From Rhodoferax sp. (GTDB lineage: Bacteria; Pseudomonadota; Gammaproteobacteria; Burkholderiales; Burkholderiaceae_C): 64,000 bases of DNA. The translations under genes and the position numbers were made by a program. The stretch covers positions 16,493 to 80,492 of the forward strand of contig JAYRRD010000147.1 of NCBI GenBank assembly GCA_041910275.1. The letters are read 5' to 3'. Below, in pieces: positions 60,207 to 64,000 of the stretch (position 1 is the stretch's first letter; each line of letters begins with the position of its first letter). Below the pieces are notes generated by a model. It was not told where the DNA came from, searched no databases, and saw only the letters and a list, made by a program, of their open reading frames with translations.

Positions 60207-62692
60207 GGCCTTGAAACGACAAAGTTGGCGCTGCCACCCACCGCAGCTGCACCCGCTGCCGGAACGCTTGCGCCCAGTGCAGCAGCGAACTGCGCGTAGC
60301 TCAGACTGGTAACCACCTCACCTGCCGGGGCATTGGCACCCAACTGGTAGCCAAAGCCGGATGCCCCCAGGATTTGCACCGTCGCGCCATTGGAAAGCGT
60401 CAGTTGCACGGCGTTATTGAAAAAGCTGCTGGAGGCAATCGCCATGCCGTGGACCAACTGGACCACATTGCTGCCCTCGGTGTCGATGATCTTCGCAGTC
60501 ACGGTGCCGCTCAGGGTATAGGGGCTGATGATGTAGGTGTCGTTGCCGCCGCCACCGAGGTGGTTGTTGCCGCCCGAGGGCACGAGCACATCATCGCCCA
60601 GGGTTCCCGGTACGGTGCTGGCATTGGCTGCCACGGCGGGCACAGGCAAGGATGCCTGCGTAAAACCCGTTGGCACGACATAGCCCGCTGTGCCCGACGC
60701 CGGCAGTGTTCCAGACAGGGAAGCACCCAGGCCGGAGACAAACTGGCCATAGGTCACAACAGCGGCTGTATCACCGGCCAGGGCATTGGCACCCAGCTGG
60801 AATTTGAACTTCGACGCACCAAGTATCTGCACCCTGGCTCCCGTAGAGAGCGTGAGCTGCGCGGCATCGCTGTAAAAGGTGCTAGCCGTCACGGTCATGC
60901 CATCAACCAGCTGGATGAGATTATCCCCTTCGCTATCGACAATCTTGGCGGTAACGTCGCCGCGCAGGGTGTTGGGGCTGATGATGAAAGTGTCATTGCC
61001 ACCACCGCCGTAGTAGCTGTTTCCGGCGGTGAGCACAAAGACATCATTGCCCAGGGTACCGGGTACGGTGTAAGTCGTTGGGTTGGCTGCGGCAACGCTG
61101 ACCGTGGCGCTGGCTGCCTGACTGGTTCCAGATGCGTTGACACCTGTCACGCTATAGGTGGTCGTGCTGGTTGGCGTGACCGTGCAGGTAGCCACAGAGG
61201 TTCCAGCACATGTGCCACCCGTCCAGGTATAGCTGGCCGCTGCGGGTGTGCAACTGGCGGTCAGGGTGGCGCTTGCGCCTGCTGAAATCACTGCCGGTAC
61301 AGCAGTCAGGGTGCAAACGGGTGCCATGACAACAGATTGCCCACCACGCACCAGGCGGACTGCGAAGCTGCTGGTCGGGTCATTGCCCATGTCGGCATGG
61401 CCAACAGAAAAAGAAACACTCCACACATAGCCCGAACTGTTGACATTTGGCGAAGACGACCAAAAATCAGTACCCGGCGTCGCAGGAAAAGCGCTTGAAT
61501 TAAGGGTCGGAGCAAGGGATTTGCTGTAGTCCACCAGGCTCAGGAGTTCATCTTCCGTCGGCACACGCCAATCCGTTTGTCCGGCAAAAGAATTGCCAAA
61601 CAAAGGCAGCTGCCCTGCCGTCATGCTGCTGGCAGTACCGCTGCACGTGCTACCTGTCCAGGTCTGGCCTTCAGCGCAGCGCTTCCACATCAGATTGGTC
61701 GGCGTATGCGTGATGGTGCCATTTCCATGGTCCACATAGTCGCTTGTTGGCCGCGTAATACCAATCAAAGAGCCCGAAGACGCGCCACCACGCACAAGGC
61801 GAACGGCTGAGTTGGCGTGGCGGTGGTCGTAGCTGGCGTAGCCATCCAGAAAAGAGACGAACCATACGAAGCTTGTATCGGGAGCATAGGGAGAAGCCGC
61901 AAAAAAGTTCGCATTTGGCGTATTGGGAAATGCAGCCTTGTCAATCGCCGGGCTATAGGCCGACCGATGCACAATCGTCTGCAACTCACGAATGTTAGGC
62001 AAGCGCCAATCACTCTGGCCAGCAAAGGTCGTTGTGCCCGTAAGCGCATCCGCCAGATCAAAAGTGTAAGTGCTGGCAGTGCCGGTGCAGGTGCTGCCGT
62101 TCCATGTCTGGCCCATGGAGCAGCGCATCCAGATCAGGCCCGTCTTTTGGTCAGTCACCGTTCCGTCAGCATTGGCTTGCAGTGTGCTTGTGGGAGAGAC
62201 CGTCACTACCTGGCCGGATGTGCCAGCGAAATTTGTGGGTGAATTGACCACCGTCTTGCCGGAGCGATCCAGGGCATCCAGGCCATTGGTTGGCAAGGAA
62301 ACGTAAGCCATGGAATCAACACCCGCAAAGTCCACCGTCCCGTTTGGCAGAAATAAAAATCCATCGGGTACGACGTAGTCGGGCGTCACAACGCCGAGTT
62401 TCTGGAATCCCTGGGTAGCGACCAGGAACTTGCGATTGGCAGAATCGCCTGGAAGATCGTTCGGAAATGCAAAGGAATGCACCACCCCATTTTGCGAGGC
62501 GCTGATCTGATGCCCTCGCACAAACTGCTGCCCGCCGGAAGATGTTTTCAACTCTATGTATTGAACCGTCCCATCAGCATTTGAAAAAATCTCGGAGATT
62601 GTCCACAGGTGAAATGCAGCGTTTGCTGTTGCGGAAAATGCCATGACGGCTATCAGCACCAGGATGAAACGAAACGAAGAGAGTGACTTCAT
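60203..62692 (-). CDS. secreted protein with two DUF1566 (Lcl C-terminal-like) domains, an Ig-like repeat and two RTX-like C-terminal modules
   Basis: 829 aa with a signal peptide. DUF1566 patterns TGLIWMRCSMGQTWNGSTCTG...AGQSDWRLPNIRELQTI and NLMWKRCAEGQTWTGSTCSG...AGQTDWRVPTEDELLSL. The C-terminal ~330 aa are nearly identical to those of the neighbouring paralogs. Confidence 0.75.
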   Translation of the reverse strand: MKSLSSFRFILVLIAVMAFSATANAAFHLWTISEIFSNADGTVQYIELKTSSGGQQFVRGHQISASQNGVVHSFAFPNDLPGDSANRKFLVATQGFQKLGVVTPDYVVPDGFLFLPNGTVDFAGVDSMAYVSLPTNGLDALDRSGKTVVNSPTNFAGTSGQVVTVSPTSTLQANADGTVTDQKTGLIWMRCSMGQTWNGSTCTGTASTYTFDLADALTGTTTFAGQSDWRLPNIRELQTIVHRSAYSPAIDKAAFPNTPNANFFAASPYAPDTSFVWFVSFLDGYASYDHRHANSAVRLVRGGASSGSLIGITRPTSDYVDHGNGTITHTPTNLMWKRCAEGQTWTGSTCSGTASSMTAGQLPLFGNSFAGQTDWRVPTEDELLSLVDYSKSLAPTLNSSAFPATPGTDFWSSSPNVNSSGYVWSVSFSVGHADMGNDPTSSFAVRLVRGGQSVVMAPVCTLTAVPAVISAGASATLTASCTPAAASYTWTGGTCAGTSVATCTVTPTSTTTYSVTGVNASGTSQAASATVSVAAANPTTYTVPGTLGNDVFVLTAGNSYYGGGGNDTFIISPNTLRGDVTAKIVDSEGDNLIQLVDGMTVTASTFYSDAAQLTLSTGARVQILGASKFKFQLGANALAGDTAAVVTYGQFVSGLGASLSGTLPASGTAGYVVPTGFTQASLPVPAVAANASTVPGTLGDDVLVPSGGNNHLGGGGNDTYIISPYTLSGTVTAKIIDTEGSNVVQLVHGMAIASSSFFNNAVQLTLSNGATVQILGASGFGYQLGANAPAGEVVTSLSYAQFAAALGASVPAAGAAAVGGSANFVVSRP

Positions 62693-62693
62693 A

Positions 62694-64000
62694 TTACCGC
62701 CCGCTGCTATTGGTTGACCGCAAGGAATTCACAACAAAGTTGGCGCTGCCACTCACCGCAGCCGCACCTGCTGCCGGAATGCTCGCGCCCAGTGTAGCAG
62801 CGAACTGCGCGTAGCTCAGGCTGGTAACCATCTCACCTGCCGGGGCATTGGCACCCAACTGGTAGCCAAAGCCGGATGCCCCCAGGATTTGCACCGTCGC
62901 GCCATTGGACAGCGTCAGTTGCACGGCGTTATTGAAAAAGCTGCTGGAGGCAATCGCCATGCCGTTGACCAACTGGACCACATTGCTGCCCTCGGTGTCG
63001 ATGATCTTCGCAGTCACCGTGCCACTCAAGGTGTAGGGGCTGATGATGTAGGTATCGTTGCCGCCTCCACCGAGGTGGTTGTTGCCGCCCGAGGGCACGA
63101 GCACATCATCGCCCAGGGTTCCCGGTACGGTGCTGGCATTGCCTGCCACGGCGGGCACAGGCAAGGATGCCTGGGTAAAGCCCGTTGGCACAACATAGCC
63201 TGCGGTGCCCGATGCTGGCAGCGCTCCAGACAGGGAAGCGCCCAGACTGGAGACAAACTGGCCATAGGTCACAACAGCGGCTGTATCACCGGCCAGGGCA
63301 TTGGCACCCAGCTGAAATTTGAACTTCGATGCGCCAAGTATCTGCACCCTGGCTCCCGTAGAGAGCGTGAGCTGCGCGGCATCGCTGTAAAAGGTGCTGG
63401 CCGTCACGGTCATGCCATCAACCAGCTGGATGAGGTTATCCCCTTCGCTATCAACGATCTTGGCGGTAACGTCGCCGCGCAGGGTGTTGTGGCTGATGAT
63501 GAAGGTGTCATTGCCACCGCCACCGTAGTAGCTGTTTCCGGCGGTGAGAACAAAGACATCGTTGCCCAGGGTGCCGGGTACGGTGTACGATGTCGGGTTG
63601 GCTGCAACAACGCTGACCGTGGCGCTGGCTGCCTGACTGGTTCCAGCTGCGTTGACACCTGTCACGCTGTAGGTGGTCGTGCTGGTTGGCGTAACCGTGC
63701 AGGTGGCCACAGAAGTGCCAGCGCAGCTGCCACCCGTCCAGATGTAACTGCTTGCCGCCGGGCTGCAACTGGCGGTGAGGGTCGAGCTGCCACCCGCAGG
63801 GACCGACACCGGATTGGCACTTAACGTACAAACAGGTGCCGTGGCTATTGCATTCACCGTCACCGTAGCGCTGGCTGCTGCGCTGGTTCCATTCGTGTTG
63901 GTACCCGTCACGCTGTAGCTTGTCGTTATTGTGGGTGTGACAGTGCAGCTTGCTCCGGTAGTGCCAGCGCAGCTTCCACCAGTCCATGTGTAGGTAGTAA
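62694..64000 (-). CDS. paralogous secreted Ig-like/RTX-like protein; the 5' part lies outside the window
   Basis: The reading frame stays open to the window edge: upstream of the track's GTG at 63911 it continues ...TYTWTGGSCAGTTGASCTVTPTITTSYSVTG. The C-terminal modules are almost identical to those of 60203-62692. Confidence 0.75.
   Translation of the reverse strand, partial: TTYTWTGGSCAGTTGASCTVTPTITTSYSVTGTNTNGTSAAASATVTVNAIATAPVCTLSANPVSVPAGGSSTLTASCSPAASSYIWTGGSCAGTSVATCTVTPTSTTTYSVTGVNAAGTSQAASATVSVVAANPTSYTVPGTLGNDVFVLTAGNSYYGGGGNDTFIISHNTLRGDVTAKIVDSEGDNLIQLVDGMTVTASTFYSDAAQLTLSTGARVQILGASKFKFQLGANALAGDTAAVVTYGQFVSSLGASLSGALPASGTAGYVVPTGFTQASLPVPAVAGNASTVPGTLGDDVLVPSGGNNHLGGGGNDTYIISPYTLSGTVTAKIIDTEGSNVVQLVNGMAIASSSFFNNAVQLTLSNGATVQILGASGFGYQLGANAPAGEMVTSLSYAQFAATLGASIPAAGAAAVSGSANFVVNSLRSTNSSGR

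Noticed and set aside
56067-63824. Plus-strand ORFs of about 300 aa (56067-57011, 60374-61285, 62889-63824) with mutually similar sequences.
   Set aside because: They lie antisense to the repeated C-terminal modules of the secreted paralogs. Their mutual similarity is a by-product of the DNA repeats, and their composition is Arg/Gly/His-rich shadow-ORF-like.

Overview
High-GC proteobacterial chromosome segment, probably betaproteobacterial (Comamonadaceae-like). That taxon call rests only on the look of the proteins. No rRNA, tRNA, CRISPR array, transposase or integrase was recognised. Layout: (1) 1-14.3 kb holds signalling genes: a CHASE4 sensor (partial), a Cache protein, an MCP, a hybrid histidine kinase, an HD-GYP response regulator, an outer-membrane barrel, a small PBP-like protein, a REC-REC-kinase, a PAS-GGDEF-EAL protein and a substrate-binding protein. 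(2) 14.6-28.1 kb is a flagellar cluster: flgA-flgM-flgN plus a coupled secreted ORF on the minus strand, and flgBCDEFGHIJKL on the plus strand. (3) 28.1-30.0 kb is a small AT-richer islet with an orphan secreted protein, a DUF1902-like gene, hicB and a frameshifted hicA. (4) 30.1-37.0 kb holds an HDOD protein and a 1975-aa alpha-2-macroglobulin with an intact CLEQ thioester motif. (5) 37.2-42.0 kb is a toxin-antitoxin cassette array (hipBA, an inverted hipA-like/HTH pair, and an MqsA-like gene plus a 94-aa ORF) punctuated by conserved intergenic repeats. (6) 42.0-47.9 kb is housekeeping: sodB, xseA, exbBD and an ATP-grasp/alpha-E pair. (7) 47.9-53.3 kb is a translationally coupled four-gene operon encoding a ThsB-like TIR protein, a second TIR protein, a SLOG/LOG-like Rossmann protein and a membrane-embedded patatin phospholipase. 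This is my best candidate for an undescribed Thoeris-like anti-phage signalling system. (8) 53.5-55.3 kb is a second MCP. (9) 55.4-64.0 kb holds paralogous secreted Ig-like/RTX-like proteins with near-identical 3' modules, plus a metallophosphoesterase. Two intergenic repeat families sit at the borders of the accessory segments: a hairpin MITE/REP-like element in 3 copies, and a palindrome-headed ~165-180 bp element in 3 full copies plus diverged copies. All domain calls come from motif recognition by eye. No database search was run.
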